Assembly: GCA_963675525.2 (NCBI GenBank)
Contig: CAXXSL010000019.1
Location: 1 to 64,000 of the forward strand
Source of the DNA: Anaerohalosphaeraceae bacterium
GTDB taxonomy: Bacteria; Planctomycetota; Phycisphaerae; Sedimentisphaerales; Anaerohalosphaeraceae
Direction: 5' to 3'
DNA length: 64,000 nucleotides
Shown: in pieces, positions 1 to 14,509 of the stretch
How the letters are laid out: every line of letters starts with the position of its first letter
Position numbering within the stretch: the first letter of the stretch is position 1
The notes under the pieces: model-generated
Told to the model about the DNA's origin: nothing
What the model saw: only the letters and a program-made list of their open reading frames with translations
Database searches by the model: none
Made by a program: the position numbers and the translations under genes

Positions 1-280
1 AAATTTCCCTACCTTCCAGCTCCATAGTATAGAGAGTGAAGTGTCGTTCTATACTTATTGATAGGATGGCACAATTGTCTCCCTTCTGCACAAACAGGAC
101 TCAAATGGTCGAGATGATTAAACTTGTTTCTGGTGGACTTCTATGCATCTTTCCTCTATAATTATGATGTTTTCACAGCAAATTCTACTATTTTAGGGTA
201 ACAATATGAATACTCGACCTTGGACAATGCTGATGATGCGGGCAGGATGGTTATTAAGAAAGAAAAAATAGATGTCCTGT

Positions 281-631
281 ATGCCCAAATCTTTAACTGT
301 CTTTTTATCACTCCTCCTCCTACTCCCAATAGGCTGTAAAGAAGCAGAGCGACCACAGGACATATACGTGACGGACCTGCGTGATCTTAATGAAGACCCT
401 AATTTCCTTACCTACAGAAAGGTTTATCCTGACCGGAACTCACACCATCGTTCTGGATTCATCATTAGACCTGATACAAGTAAAGACCATAAGATTATGA
501 TAATACCTGCGGATCCAAACATTGACCCAGGAATATTTATTACAGGGAAACGACAGAGTAAAATATACTCTGATTCCTCCCTGAAATTCTTTGAACCTAA
601 TGAATCCAATGACATATTTCTGACTCCATGA
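281..631 (+). CDS. Hypothetical lipoprotein
   Basis: ORF 272..631; MPK followed by a hydrophobic stretch ending in lipobox-like LPIG-C; start at 272 or 281. Confidence 0.55.
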   Translation: MPKSLTVFLSLLLLLPIGCKEAERPQDIYVTDLRDLNEDPNFLTYRKVYPDRNSHHRSGFIIRPDTSKDHKIMIIPADPNIDPGIFITGKRQSKIYSDSSLKFFEPNESNDIFLTP

Positions 632-869
632 AAATTTTACAGTATCTTAATTGGCTAAATAGAAAAGAAAAAAGGTGAATCGTGTGAGGATCTATATTCG
701 TAACCCGTCCTCTCCCCCATTACCCGCCTGAAAACATCTCCACTTTTTCATCGAATTTTTGATTTATATTTGATTTTTATCTAACTTCCGCTATAATACG
801 ATAGAAGGATAATCCTTATTTTTAGGATTTAGAGCTTGGAAATTAGAATTTGATCCGAAGGAGAAAAAC

Positions 870-1470
870 CAGTGACCAGTCATCAGTTACCAGTCATCAG
901 TTACCAGCCATCAACGAACTGTCATCCCGAGCGACGTCGAGGGATCTATTAGAATCAGCTTCGGCCAACGGCCGAATCCACATTTTCGAGTTCAGGTGTT
1001 CTTGCGTTCTTGAGTTCTTTAACAATTATCTCAGTATCCTCGGTGGTTTTTTAAAAATAAATCCTGTATATCCTGTAAATCCCGTCAAAAAACTTTTTTT
1101 ACCAAACGAACCCAATTTCCAAACAAGCCAAATCGCCATAAGTCTTTTATACTCAAGACTAAAGCCTCAAGTCTCAAGCCTGTCGCTTGATAAAACAAAC
1201 CCAATCGAACCCAAACCAAAGCCAATTTCGGCCCCAAGTACCCCCTACTCGCGAAAGCCGTTTCCAGCCCAGAATCGCCGATTTAGCGTTGGAAAAATAA
1301 AAAATCGCTTTTTTTGACCCCGTCAACCCCCAAAAAAACAAACCCAATTTACCCCCCAAGTAGCACCTCGACAGGATTGCAATATACTGCATCCAAACCC
1401 CCTAAAGGACGCAGCAACCCCGTTTTCACCAGCGCCACGCGGACCCAAACAAACCCAATACGAACCCAAT
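870..1470. repeat. Mosaic of short tandem repeats, a REP-like palindrome and dispersed AAC(G/A)AACCCAAT motifs
   Basis: 6x CAGTxAY-like heptamer 870-911; TGTCATCCCGAGCGACGTCGAGGGATCT 920-947; 4x 8-mer ending GTTC 986-1017; 3x 9-mer AATCCTGTA-like 1060-1086; 4x 7-mer CTCAAG-like 1151-1178; AACCCAA motifs near 1109, 1198, 1208, 1341, 1452, 1463. Confidence 0.75.
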
Positions 1471-1474
1471 GTTG

Positions 1475-2506
1475 CTAAGGATTCTTTGAATTCTCGAATT
1501 TCTGAATGTCCATGATCAGGATGCCTCTGCCGACGCCGGCGGGGTCTCCTTTTTTAGCGACTTGAAAAGCGATGTGTCGGCCGTCATCGCTGACGACGGG
1601 ATTCGTGGCTTTGAAGCCGGGATAATCAGCAAAGAAAGTGACGCGTTCGGTTTTGCCGGAACCATCCAGTGCGAGCTTATAGATGTCGATCTCCTGAATG
1701 CCCTCGGCAATGTTCATGTGTTTATTGCATTCGACCAGCGTAAATTTGCCGTCGGGGAAAATGCCTTCGGGTTCGTCATATTGATCCGGGGCCTTGGAAT
1801 AGTTGACGACTTCGCCGGTTTCCAGATTCAGTCCGCAGACTTCCGTGCCCTGATAGCCGTAGGCGGAAAAGATCAGTTCCTTTTCGTCCGGCGGGCGGAA
1901 GTTCTGACTTTCCAGATCGGTTTTAAACGGCAGGTCATCTTTATGGATGATCTTCCGTGTGTCGGCCAATTTCGGTTTGCCGTCCTCATAGACAATATCG
2001 GCTGCCCAGAATGCGCCGCCCTGTGTCCATGCGATGTGCATCCGTTTGCGAGATACGGCCGGGCCTTCGGAGCAATGAACGCCCAGCGGCACAGGCGGGG
2101 TGGTTAAGTCTTTATTGAGGACCCACAGTTCGGCCATCTTTTCGTTCCGGCTGGGCCAGGGATCAGCCGCGTCGAATGTGCGGGAACCGCTCAGCAGAAT
2201 ATCTCCATTCGACAGATACAGCGCACGGGTAAATCCTTCGTGAAAAAAGTGGTGCGTGACGGGTGTGATGATGCCGGTGGCGATTTCGACTTCATAGACA
2301 TCGCCAAAGGTGCGTGCCAGGAACAAAATTTTTGTGCCGTCATGCGACCAGTCTGCCCGCTGCCCGAAATGGGTGATCTGGCGGAGATGCGGGGCCAGCT
2401 CATTCAGGGGGGAACGCTGCTGTTGATTAGCCGCCACAACCGACAGTGAACATGTTGCCATGAATGACGCCAGTACCTGAATTGTGATATGCGATTTCAT
2501 GCCCAT
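1475..2506 (-). CDS. Secreted TolB-like / PD40 beta-propeller protein
   Basis: Signal peptide; repeated PD40-like motifs ADWSHDGTKILF, GIFPDGKFTLV, PVVSDDGRHIAF. Confidence 0.7.
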   Translation of the reverse strand: MGMKSHITIQVLASFMATCSLSVVAANQQQRSPLNELAPHLRQITHFGQRADWSHDGTKILFLARTFGDVYEVEIATGIITPVTHHFFHEGFTRALYLSNGDILLSGSRTFDAADPWPSRNEKMAELWVLNKDLTTPPVPLGVHCSEGPAVSRKRMHIAWTQGGAFWAADIVYEDGKPKLADTRKIIHKDDLPFKTDLESQNFRPPDEKELIFSAYGYQGTEVCGLNLETGEVVNYSKAPDQYDEPEGIFPDGKFTLVECNKHMNIAEGIQEIDIYKLALDGSGKTERVTFFADYPGFKATNPVVSDDGRHIAFQVAKKGDPAGVGRGILIMDIQKFENSKNP

Positions 2507-2741
2507 CTCCTTTATATGAGACTCATTTTACGGGGGAGTATATGCCCGTGCTCAGAATTCGTCAAGGTCATTTGCACCTAAACGTTCATTCCAAAATGAA
2601 CAAATCCGCTGTTTGCTGTGTAAAATAAATACGAACATCTAAAAAAAAAATATAGCCGAAGATGAATATTTTTTGACGATACGGTCTTTTTTGATAATAT
2701 TTTTCCGATTCAGCCGATATATTTAACGGAGTGTCTATAAT

Positions 2742-4973
2742 TTGCGGGCAATATTCGTATTCTTTGGAGCCATTGTGAAGCAGAGAGTTTTTTTTACCTT
2801 ATTAATCGCCGTATCATTCAGTTCGATTTCCTGTGTCGCCTGGAGTCAGGCGGAAGGCGACGGGGTTCAAACTCCCCCCCAGGAGAAACCCCGCCAGCTT
2901 CGCATATTCCGAGAGACCCTTTTGCAGGGCAGCAGCGAAGAGATACGAGTTGAAGCTGCTGTTGAACTGCTTTTACGAAATGATACCTCGAGCCGGAATG
3001 TACTGGTGGATATTCTCAACACCACTGACAACCCCCAGGCGCAGGCGGCCGTTTGCAAGGCTCTGGTTAAAAGCCGTGGGTTAGGTCAAACGACCGGCTC
3101 ACAATCCGCTTATCTTAATCCACTGGTGCAGATTCTCGCAACCGGTCAGCCTGAACCCGCTGTTTTAGCGGCGGAAGCATTATTATTGTATGAATTCAAG
3201 GATATTGAAATAAGTCTGGATAAAATCATTCAGGATGTCGAAGCCGCACCGCAGGGCCGTATTAACGCAGTTTACGCCTTAAAAATCCGCTCAGAGCCGC
3301 AGGCACTCAGACGTCTGATCAGGCTTTTGGATGATCCGAGCAGCGACGTATCCGGTGCGGCTGAAAGTGCCTTGCAGGAGGTTTTCGGAATCCCTGTGGG
3401 TGCGAGTCGTCAGGTTTGGTCGGAGATTCTTGATAAGCTCAAACAGAAAAGCCCGGAGGATATTCGGCGTGACCGCCTTTTACTTCAGGAGAGACGTTTG
3501 CGGCAGGTTCAGGCCGAGCGTGACCGTTGGCAAAAGATGTATATCTTATTGCTTGATAAGCAATATGACGGGGCCGATGAAGCAGGGCGTTCGAAAATGA
3601 TGCTTGATATGCTGGGGACAGATTTGTCAGCGCTTCGTATCTGGGGGTTGGGTAAGGTGGCGCAGTATCAGGCAGCGGACAAAGATGCGCTTCGTGAAAA
3701 ACTGTTTTCACTTTTGTCAGATGAATCGCGGGATGTTCGTTTGCAGACGGCGAAAGTTCTGAATAACATGAGCGCTCTGAACCCGGCAGAACAATTATTG
3801 GAACATTATAAACAAGAAAACGATCCGGAAGTGGCCCTGGCGATGTTTGATGCGCTGGGGGAGGCGTGCTTTTTTGCGTTCTCACCGGGTTCGCAGATCG
3901 AGTTGTCGTCGGATATTAAAGTTGAATCGATGAATATTGCGGCTGAATATCTGGCTCAGGAGCAAACGGAGACATCTCGAAAAGGCGCGGAGGTTATCCG
4001 TAAGATACTGGAATTAAACAGCTTATCGGACGACACAACGCAGCATTATTTAACTCTTCTTTATGAGCGTTACCAAAAAACAATCAGGCAGAATCCTCTT
4101 TTACGAGCGGAGTTACTGTCAGTAATGGCCCATCTTTGCGGGCAGGGGATACCGAAGACACAAGCTTGCAAACTCTATGAGCCCTTGTTAATTGAGGCGA
4201 TGGCTGTTACGGATAATCCCCCTCTTCGGCTATCGGCAGTGAAAGGGATGATCAATGTTGATCCTGTGAAAGCATTGAAACTGGTAAAAGAATATCAGTT
4301 AAGGGACATTGCCAGTCCGGCTTTTCGTCAGGCAGTGGTCGAGCTGGCAGGTACGACCGGAAGTGCCGAAGACTTGGATTGGCTGGTGGTAATGCTGAAT
4401 TCAAACGGTCAATCAGAACAGGTCTGGCAAGCCATCAAAGCGATCTGTCAGCGTCAAAAACCAGCATTTTTGATTGATTGGCTCCCTCATCTGGAGGGAA
4501 ATGGGGCGTACGATGAGTATGTATTAGAAATTCTTAATTTGGCTGAACAGAAAGCGATGACTGAGACGGCCTCCGAAACGTTGATTCAGGTGCGGGAAAA
4601 AATTATCCGCTGGTATGCCGAAAGGAAAGCATGGGATAAGGGTTCGACATACTTAGGAACAATCGATTTTTCTGTAGCGAATAATCCATTTGGTGAACAA
4701 ACATTATCCGATATATTTGAAATAGATTTGTATTCAGGTAATGTTGAAAAAATGATGCAACTTCTCAATGACAAGCTAATTAACAGTGAATTAGGTGTTT
4801 TTATGAGCTTTTTTGAGAAATTAAGCCTATTTTTCGAGAGCGAAACCGTGCCGGTGGAAACGAAACGCTCTGTACTCGACCAACTTCGAACTATAGATGT
4901 GAATGCGTACCCGAATTTTAAGGAACCAATCGATATCTGGACCTCGCAGGTGGCAGAATATATATCGGACTAA
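2742..4973 (+). CDS. Exported HEAT-repeat protein
   Basis: 743-aa helical ORF with HEAT-like motifs (LLDDPSSDVSGAAESAL, LLSDESRDVRLQTAKVL); N-terminal signal-like segment; exact start uncertain. Confidence 0.7.
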   Translation: MRAIFVFFGAIVKQRVFFTLLIAVSFSSISCVAWSQAEGDGVQTPPQEKPRQLRIFRETLLQGSSEEIRVEAAVELLLRNDTSSRNVLVDILNTTDNPQAQAAVCKALVKSRGLGQTTGSQSAYLNPLVQILATGQPEPAVLAAEALLLYEFKDIEISLDKIIQDVEAAPQGRINAVYALKIRSEPQALRRLIRLLDDPSSDVSGAAESALQEVFGIPVGASRQVWSEILDKLKQKSPEDIRRDRLLLQERRLRQVQAERDRWQKMYILLLDKQYDGADEAGRSKMMLDMLGTDLSALRIWGLGKVAQYQAADKDALREKLFSLLSDESRDVRLQTAKVLNNMSALNPAEQLLEHYKQENDPEVALAMFDALGEACFFAFSPGSQIELSSDIKVESMNIAAEYLAQEQTETSRKGAEVIRKILELNSLSDDTTQHYLTLLYERYQKTIRQNPLLRAELLSVMAHLCGQGIPKTQACKLYEPLLIEAMAVTDNPPLRLSAVKGMINVDPVKALKLVKEYQLRDIASPAFRQAVVELAGTTGSAEDLDWLVVMLNSNGQSEQVWQAIKAICQRQKPAFLIDWLPHLEGNGAYDEYVLEILNLAEQKAMTETASETLIQVREKIIRWYAERKAWDKGSTYLGTIDFSVANNPFGEQTLSDIFEIDLYSGNVEKMMQLLNDKLINSELGVFMSFFEKLSLFFESETVPVETKRSVLDQLRTIDVNAYPNFKEPIDIWTSQVAEYISD

Positions 4974-5084
4974 AGACCTCTACAAAATTGCGATATTATA
5001 GTATAGCGTAGTGCGTATACAAGACAGGGAAAGCCTGAATAATAAAAAAAACAGGTTTTTTTGATATTTTTTCGATTTTTCTGT

Positions 5085-5112
5085 TTGCACTTGTTCATCT
5101 CGTTTATATACT
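5085..5112 (+). promoter_or_regulatory. Putative sigma70 promoter of the tRNA-Thr/tuf unit
   Basis: TTGCAC-16 nt-TATACT with AT-rich upstream region. Confidence 0.45.
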
Positions 5113-5241
5113 TCTCCTTTTGCTGTTTCGGTAAAGCAGGGAATCCCTATGTTCATTTCCGGCAGCAAGCAGCAGTGGGAAGATTGAGCCTTACGGGAAA
5201 TGGGTTCTCAGGACTGGTAAGCGTGATTTTTCAGACAACCT

Positions 5242-5313
<72 letters not shown>

Positions 5314-5494
5314 AAAGTATAGAACCAACGCCGACATGATGACAGTCGGGTTACATCAGTAATAGTTTGGCGGGACGTGTATTCCCGCCAGTGTAGCCCT
5401 GTTGGCTGGATTAACATATATAACGGATAAGAATTTTTGTTGGAATCAAAATTAACTTAGCAGGTAAACAGAAATATCAGGAGGTTATTGACAA

Positions 5495-6706
5495 ATGGCT
5501 AAGGCTGTATTTGAGAGAACCAAACCACACGTAAACATTGGTACCATCGGGCACATTGACCATGGTAAAACAACATTAACCGCGGCCATTACGATGCGTC
5601 TGGCTATCAAGAGCGGCATGACGGCGAAGAAGTTTGACGAAATCGACAATGCTCCCGAAGAGAAGGAACGTGGTATTACGATTAACACTGCCCACGTTGA
5701 ATATGAAACTGAGAACCGTCACTATGCCCACGTTGACTGTCCGGGACACGCTGACTATGTCAAGAACATGATCACCGGTGCCGCCCAGATGGATGGTGCG
5801 ATTCTGGTCGTTGCCGCCAGCGACGGTCCGATGCCTCAGACGCGTGAACACATTCTTCTGGCTCGTCAGGTAAACGTGCCGAAGATCGTTGTTTACATGA
5901 ACAAGGTTGATCAGGTTGACGATCCTGAACTGATCGATCTGGTTGAAATGGAACTTCGTGAGTTGCTGGATAAATATGATTTTCCGGGCGACGAGATCCC
6001 GATCATCAAGGGTTCTGCTTTGGCGGCTATGGAGGCCGAAGGTAAGGACGACGCTGCTTGTGCGTCTATCGATGAATTGATGGCAGCGGTTGACGAATAC
6101 GTTCCCGTTCCTGAGCGAGCGGTTGATCTGCCGTTCCTGATGCCGGTTGAAGACGTGTTCAGCATCAAGGGCCGCGGCACCGTGGGTACCGGGCGTATCG
6201 AGCGCGGAAAGGTCCATGTTGGCGACGAAGTTGAAGTTGTTGGTCTGGCGGATGCCGTTCGCAAGACGACTGTGACCGGTGTTGAAATGTTTAACAAAAC
6301 ACTGGAAGACGGTCAGGCCGGCGACAACGTGGGGCTGCTGCTTCGCGGTGTCGAAAAAAGCGAACTGGAACGCGGGCAGGTTATCGCCAAGCCCGGTTCG
6401 ATCACTCCTCATACCAAGTTTGTCTCTGAGGTTTATGTCTTAACAAAAGAAGAGGGTGGTCGTCATACCCCGTTCTTCCCGGGCTATCGCCCGCAGTTCT
6501 TCTTCCGCACCACGGACGTTACGGGTGCGATCGTCGAGATCAAGAGCCGTGAAGGTGCTGCTGTTGAAATGTGTATGCCGGGCGACAACATTGAAATGAC
6601 CGGCGAGATCATCTCTAAGATCGCGATGGAAGAAGGTCTTCGTTTTGCCATTCGTGAAGGCGGCCGTACCGTTGGTGCCGGTGTTGTTACGAAGATTGTT
6701 GAGTAA
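5495..6706 (+). CDS. tuf: Elongation factor Tu
   Basis: [26 protein letters not shown] motifs. Confidence 0.99.
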   Translation: MAKAVFERTKPHVNIGTIGHIDHGKTTLTAAITMRLAIKSGMTAKKFDEIDNAPEEKERGITINTAHVEYETENRHYAHVDCPGHADYVKNMITGAAQMDGAILVVAASDGPMPQTREHILLARQVNVPKIVVYMNKVDQVDDPELIDLVEMELRELLDKYDFPGDEIPIIKGSALAAMEAEGKDDAACASIDELMAAVDEYVPVPERAVDLPFLMPVEDVFSIKGRGTVGTGRIERGKVHVGDEVEVVGLADAVRKTTVTGVEMFNKTLEDGQAGDNVGLLLRGVEKSELERGQVIAKPGSITPHTKFVSEVYVLTKEEGGRHTPFFPGYRPQFFFRTTDVTGAIVEIKSREGAAVEMCMPGDNIEMTGEIISKIAMEEGLRFAIREGGRTVGAGVVTKIVE

Positions 6707-6728
6707 CCCTACTATTAATGATTAACAG

Positions 6729-6758
6729 GGTGTCATGCTATAGGGCATGACACCTTTT
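6729..6758 (+). terminator. Hairpin plus T-tract after tuf
   Basis: GGTGTCATGC-TATAGG-GCATGACACC-TTTT. Confidence 0.65.
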
Positions 6759-6821
6759 CCTGTCCTTTCTGTCCGATTCGAGCAGAAAGGCAGGTGTGTT
6801 TTATAAGAGAGGTCCGTTGCG

Positions 6822-6989
6822 ATGGCAAAAGCAAAGAAAAGGGAGTATGTCTGGCTCGAGTGCAAAGAGTGCGGGGATCGTAATTACCGTACTGAAGTGA
6901 ATGTTCAGGGCGGGACTCCGAAGTTTGAGTTGACTAAATATTGCAAACGAGAACGCAAACATACGGCTCATAAAATTCGCCGTAAATAA
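6822..6989 (+). CDS. rpmG: 50S ribosomal protein L33 (not in the ORF track)
   Basis: Manual translation MAKAKKREYVWLECKECGDRNYRTEVNVQGGTPKFELTKYCKRERKHTAHKIRRK; GAGG SD; position between tuf and secE. Confidence 0.95.
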   Translation: MAKAKKREYVWLECKECGDRNYRTEVNVQGGTPKFELTKYCKRERKHTAHKIRRK

Positions 6990-6996
6990 AGGGCAC

Positions 6997-7069
6997 AGGT
7001 CAGTAGCTCAATTGGCAGAGCATCGGTCTCCAAAACCGAAGGTTGCGGGTTCGACTCCCTCCTGACCTG
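6997..7069 (+). tRNA. tRNA-Trp(CCA)
   Basis: Acceptor AGGTCAG/CTGACCT; anticodon arm TCGGT-CTCCAAA-ACCGA; canonical position before secE. Confidence 0.96.
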
Positions 7070-7134
7070 TTAAAGGGATGGGCCCCGAAGCGAACAGAAC
7101 GAATACGGTTGGTTATATCAAGGTGGCGATTTCT

Positions 7135-7518
7135 ATGAATTTGAAAATCTATAAACGAGGACAGGGTAAAAATGCCCGGCTTGGAACAGCGCTGGTTGTT
7201 TTTACAATTGTTGCAGTTGGCTGCTGGACTCTCTATATGAAGCTGCAGAGTCGGGATCCGTGGATTCAGACGCTGGTACCGGTTGCTGTTTGCGCGGTTT
7301 TTGCGGGCCTTATTTACTGGCTTATGAATAAACCTTCCATCGCGGATTTTTTAATTGCAGCCGAAGGTGAGATCAAAAAAGTCAGTTGGTCCACTCGGAA
7401 GGAAATCGCCAATTCCACGATGATCGTTATTTTTGTGGTTGTTTTCATGGCTTCAGGTCTGGGACTGGTTGATTTTCTTTTTCAGCTTTTCTTCCAGGAA
7501 ATAGTGAAATTATATTAG
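7135..7518 (+). CDS. secE: Preprotein translocase SecE (3-TM form)
   Basis: EIKKVSWSTRKE motif before the C-terminal TM; likely start MNLKIYK. Confidence 0.93.
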   Translation: MNLKIYKRGQGKNARLGTALVVFTIVAVGCWTLYMKLQSRDPWIQTLVPVAVCAVFAGLIYWLMNKPSIADFLIAAEGEIKKVSWSTRKEIANSTMIVIFVVVFMASGLGLVDFLFQLFFQEIVKLY

Positions 7519-7555
7519 ACCCAATGATGCAAACAGACTGAAGGGGTATCTACCT

Positions 7556-8095
7556 ATGCAGTGGTATGTGTTACGAGTTGCTTCCAATAAAGAGGAACAG
7601 GTTCGGGAAGCTCTTGCCCGTAAGATGAAAATTGAGGGCGTTTCCGACGTTGGCCGGATTGTTGTGCCGACCGAACAGATCAAGCGGATTCGCGGCGGCA
7701 AGCAACGGGTCTTTAAACGCAAACTCTATCCGGGTTATGTGTTTATGGAAGTTGAACCGAAGGAAGACGGCCGTGTTCCTGACGATGCCTGGTACGTCAT
7801 CAAGGAAACGATAGGTGTTGGTGATTTCATCGGCACCGAAGGCGTTCCGACTCCAATGCGCGATACGGACGTGGCGAAAATGATGAAGGAAATCGAAAAG
7901 CCGGAAGAAACGCCGAATATCAAAGTGGAGTTTGAAAAAGGTGATCTGGTTAAGATTCGTGAGGGTGCCTTTGAGAATTTTGAGGGTGTGGTTGATGAAA
8001 TTGACTCCGAGCGCGGCATGGTCCGGGTGATCGTAACGATTTTCGGACGCAGTACCCCGCTGGATATTGAATACTGGCAGATCGAGAAAGTGTAA
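7556..8095 (+). CDS. nusG: Transcription termination/antitermination factor NusG
   Basis: WYVLRVASNKE, KLYPGYVF, KOW domain ending IFGRSTP. Confidence 0.98.
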   Translation: MQWYVLRVASNKEEQVREALARKMKIEGVSDVGRIVVPTEQIKRIRGGKQRVFKRKLYPGYVFMEVEPKEDGRVPDDAWYVIKETIGVGDFIGTEGVPTPMRDTDVAKMMKEIEKPEETPNIKVEFEKGDLVKIREGAFENFEGVVDEIDSERGMVRVIVTIFGRSTPLDIEYWQIEKV

Positions 8096-8161
8096 ACTAT
8101 CTGTATACAGGTATCGCGGTATACAGGGATATAAGCAATTCATAAAAGACGGGATAAAGCA

Positions 8162-8587
8162 ATGGCAAAAGAAGTAACAGGAATCATTAAATTACAGGCT
8201 TCGGGCGGACAGGCCACACCGGCCCCCCCCATCGGTCCGGCACTTGGGCAGCATGGCGTCAATATCGGGCAGTTTGTTCAGCAGTTCAATGAACGCACCC
8301 GTGAACTAAATGGCACCACCGTTCCGGTTGTGATTACGGTTTATGCGGATCGTTCGTTTGAATTTGAAGTCAAGAGCCCTCCGGCGGCGGTTCTGCTAAA
8401 GCAGGAAGCCGGTCTGGCCAAAGGCAGCGGTGTACCGAATAAAGAAAAGGTGGGCAAAGTGACCAAGGCCCAGATCCGTAAAATCGTTGAAATGAAAATG
8501 AATGACCTGAATGCGTACGATCTCGAACAGGCCGACCGGATCATTGAAGGCACGGCTCGCAGTATGGGAATTGTCGTGGAAGGTTAG
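8162..8587 (+). CDS. rplK: 50S ribosomal protein L11
   Basis: [18 protein letters not shown]. Confidence 0.99.
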   Translation: MAKEVTGIIKLQASGGQATPAPPIGPALGQHGVNIGQFVQQFNERTRELNGTTVPVVITVYADRSFEFEVKSPPAAVLLKQEAGLAKGSGVPNKEKVGKVTKAQIRKIVEMKMNDLNAYDLEQADRIIEGTARSMGIVVEG

Positions 8588-8696
8588 TTTTGGTGCAGCC
8601 TGCTAAAGGGTTGTATTCATAGTATGAAATTGTTGCTGACCACGGCTTAATAGTGGGAGCGAAAAGAATGGGTCCTTTTATTTCGCGAGGAAAATC

Positions 8697-9383
8697 ATGA
8701 AAAAAAGAAGTAAACGTTATAACGGCGATTCTCAAAAAGCTGTCAAAGAGGCGTTGACTCTGGCGGATGCCGTTAAGAAAGTCAAATCTTTTAACTCTAC
8801 CAAGTTTGATCAGAGTGTCGAATGTGCCATGCACCTTGGAATCGATCCCAAGCAGGCCGATCAAATGATTCGCGGTGCGATCAGTCTTCCGCATGGTATC
8901 GGAAAAGCCCGAAAGGTGATTGCTTTCTGTGAGGATTCAGAGGCTGATGCTGCAAAAGCCGCCGGTGCGATCGAAGCCGGGTGTGATGATCTCATTAAGA
9001 AAGTCTCTGACGGCTGGCTGGATTTTGATGTGGCGATCGCGTCGCCGAAAGTGATGGGTAAAGCCGGCAAACTGGGCCGGGTTTTGGGGCCTCAGGGAAA
9101 AATGCCCTCACCTAAAAATGGCACCGTGACGTCAGACGTGGTAACGGCGGTCAAGGATTTTGCTGCCGGTAAAGTGGAATTTCGAAATGATGCCGGCGGG
9201 AATATTCATGCGGTTGTCGGGAAGATGAGTTTCGATGAAAAGAAGCTTGAAGAGAATATTCAGGCGTTCATTGAGCATATCAAGAAGATGAAGCCGTCAG
9301 GCATGAAAGGTGCCTATATCAATAAGGTCGCTATCAGCGGCACGATGAGTCCGGGCGTACATGTGGATATGTCAGCTGCGTAA
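8697..9383 (+). CDS. rplA: 50S ribosomal protein L1
   Basis: LGRVLGPQGKMPSPKNGTV. Confidence 0.99.
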   Translation: MKKRSKRYNGDSQKAVKEALTLADAVKKVKSFNSTKFDQSVECAMHLGIDPKQADQMIRGAISLPHGIGKARKVIAFCEDSEADAAKAAGAIEAGCDDLIKKVSDGWLDFDVAIASPKVMGKAGKLGRVLGPQGKMPSPKNGTVTSDVVTAVKDFAAGKVEFRNDAGGNIHAVVGKMSFDEKKLEENIQAFIEHIKKMKPSGMKGAYINKVAISGTMSPGVHVDMSAA

Positions 9384-9436
9384 ACCCGAAAGGAAACCAT
9401 AAGCCCGAGGGCTTTAAAACATAATGAGGTGAGAGT

Positions 9437-9964
9437 ATGAGTTATTTTGTAAAAGGATTAGTTCAAAACGAATACAAAAGCAAATTTGCCGATATGGGTG
9501 AATTTGTTGTCATTGATACAACCGGCGTTGGCGGTGTCGATAACAATGTGATGCGTGGAGAGCTTAAGGCGCAGGGTATTCGGCTGGCAGTTGTCAAGAA
9601 TTCGCTGATGTGTTCAGCGTTGAAAGATATGGAAATGGCAGCTGCGGCTGATCTTTTCGCATCTGGTCCCTGTACCGTTGTTTACGGCGGCGACAGTGTT
9701 GTTGACGTTGCCAAGGCGATTTTCGATTGGTCTAAAAAGCTGAAATCCATCCGCCTAAAGGGCGCATATGTTGACGGTGTTGCGATGGACGGCGAAGGCG
9801 CCATAGCGCTATCGAAAATGCCGAGTCGTGTGGAACTTCAGGGGCAGATCGTTCAGCTTGTCAAGAGTCCGGGTGCCCGTCTTGCCGGTGCGATTGCCGG
9901 TCCGGCCGGCCGTATTGCCGGCTGCATCAAAAGCCTTGTTGAAAAACTTGAAGAAGCAGCGTAA
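9437..9964 (+). CDS. rplJ: 50S ribosomal protein L10
   Basis: VVKNSL motif; synteny. Confidence 0.95.
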   Translation: MSYFVKGLVQNEYKSKFADMGEFVVIDTTGVGGVDNNVMRGELKAQGIRLAVVKNSLMCSALKDMEMAAAADLFASGPCTVVYGGDSVVDVAKAIFDWSKKLKSIRLKGAYVDGVAMDGEGAIALSKMPSRVELQGQIVQLVKSPGARLAGAIAGPAGRIAGCIKSLVEKLEEAA

Positions 9965-10078
9965 CAAACGAAAAACTAAATAGATGTGAATATGGTTGTT
10001 TCAAGGTTGTCCATTTTGGTTAAACGGACGGCGTAGTCCGGCTACCACGAAACACAGAGAACATAGGAGTTCGAAATT

Positions 10079-10480
10079 ATGTCAGAAGAAACAAAAGAAT
10101 TCAGTGCAGAAATCAAAGACCTCGGCGACAAGATCGTTGCCCTGACTCTGATGCAGGCCAAGGAACTTGGCGATTATCTTAAGGACGTTCACGGAATCGA
10201 GCCGGCTGCCGGTGGTGCTGTGATGATGGCCGGCCCTGTTGCTGGCGGTGAAGCCGAAGCTGAAGAAAAAACCAGCTTCAATGTCGTTCTGAAGGAAATT
10301 GGCGACAAGAAGATCCAGGTTATCAAGGAAGTTCGTGCGTTGACAGGCCTGGGCCTGAAAGAAGCCAAGGAATTGGTCGACGGTGCTCCAAAGGCCGTTA
10401 AAGAAGGCGTCAGCAAGGAAGAGGCCGAAGAAGCCCGGGGCCAGCTTGAAGCGGCTGGTGCCGTTGTTGCTGTTGAGTAA
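10079..10480 (+). CDS. rplL: 50S ribosomal protein L7/L12
   Basis: [24 protein letters not shown]. Confidence 0.99.
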   Translation: MSEETKEFSAEIKDLGDKIVALTLMQAKELGDYLKDVHGIEPAAGGAVMMAGPVAGGEAEAEEKTSFNVVLKEIGDKKIQVIKEVRALTGLGLKEAKELVDGAPKAVKEGVSKEEAEEARGQLEAAGAVVAVE

Positions 10481-10674
10481 GTTTCTTTGTGATGCCGGGT
10501 CTGAAAGTGTCATTATTTTGGAGCTTGGTTTTGTGATGCTGTTTTGAAAGATATTGGATGTTTAATTCGGTGCCGGGGTGCACAATGTTGTTGCCGGCCT
10601 ACCTTCCTGTTGATAGAGACGACAACGAACAGCATAAAAATATAAAAAGATGTGTCATGATGGAGACAGGTCGA

Positions 10675-14431
<3,757 letters not shown>

Positions 14432-14509
14432 CAGGTGTGTGATACAGAAGCGTCATAAAAGCCCGCGAATGACGGGAAAAAGGAAACATTAATCGGAGTT
14501 GGTCCTGTT

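Noticed and set aside
850..1317. 155-aa ORF
   Set aside because: Translation is a read-through of DNA-level repeats (NPVYPVNPV, NEPNF, KTNPI) with a TTG start; probably non-coding
1103..1470. AACCCAAT repeats as a CRISPR array
   Set aside because: Repeats too short and degenerate, spacing irregular, no cas genes in the window
5113..5241. Possible remnants of tRNA-Tyr/Gly upstream of tRNA-Thr
   Set aside because: No cloverleaf or intact T-loop could be built
10558..10674. N-terminal extension of RpoB from the ORF caller
   Set aside because: ATG 10675 has a GGAG SD and matches the normal RpoB start region
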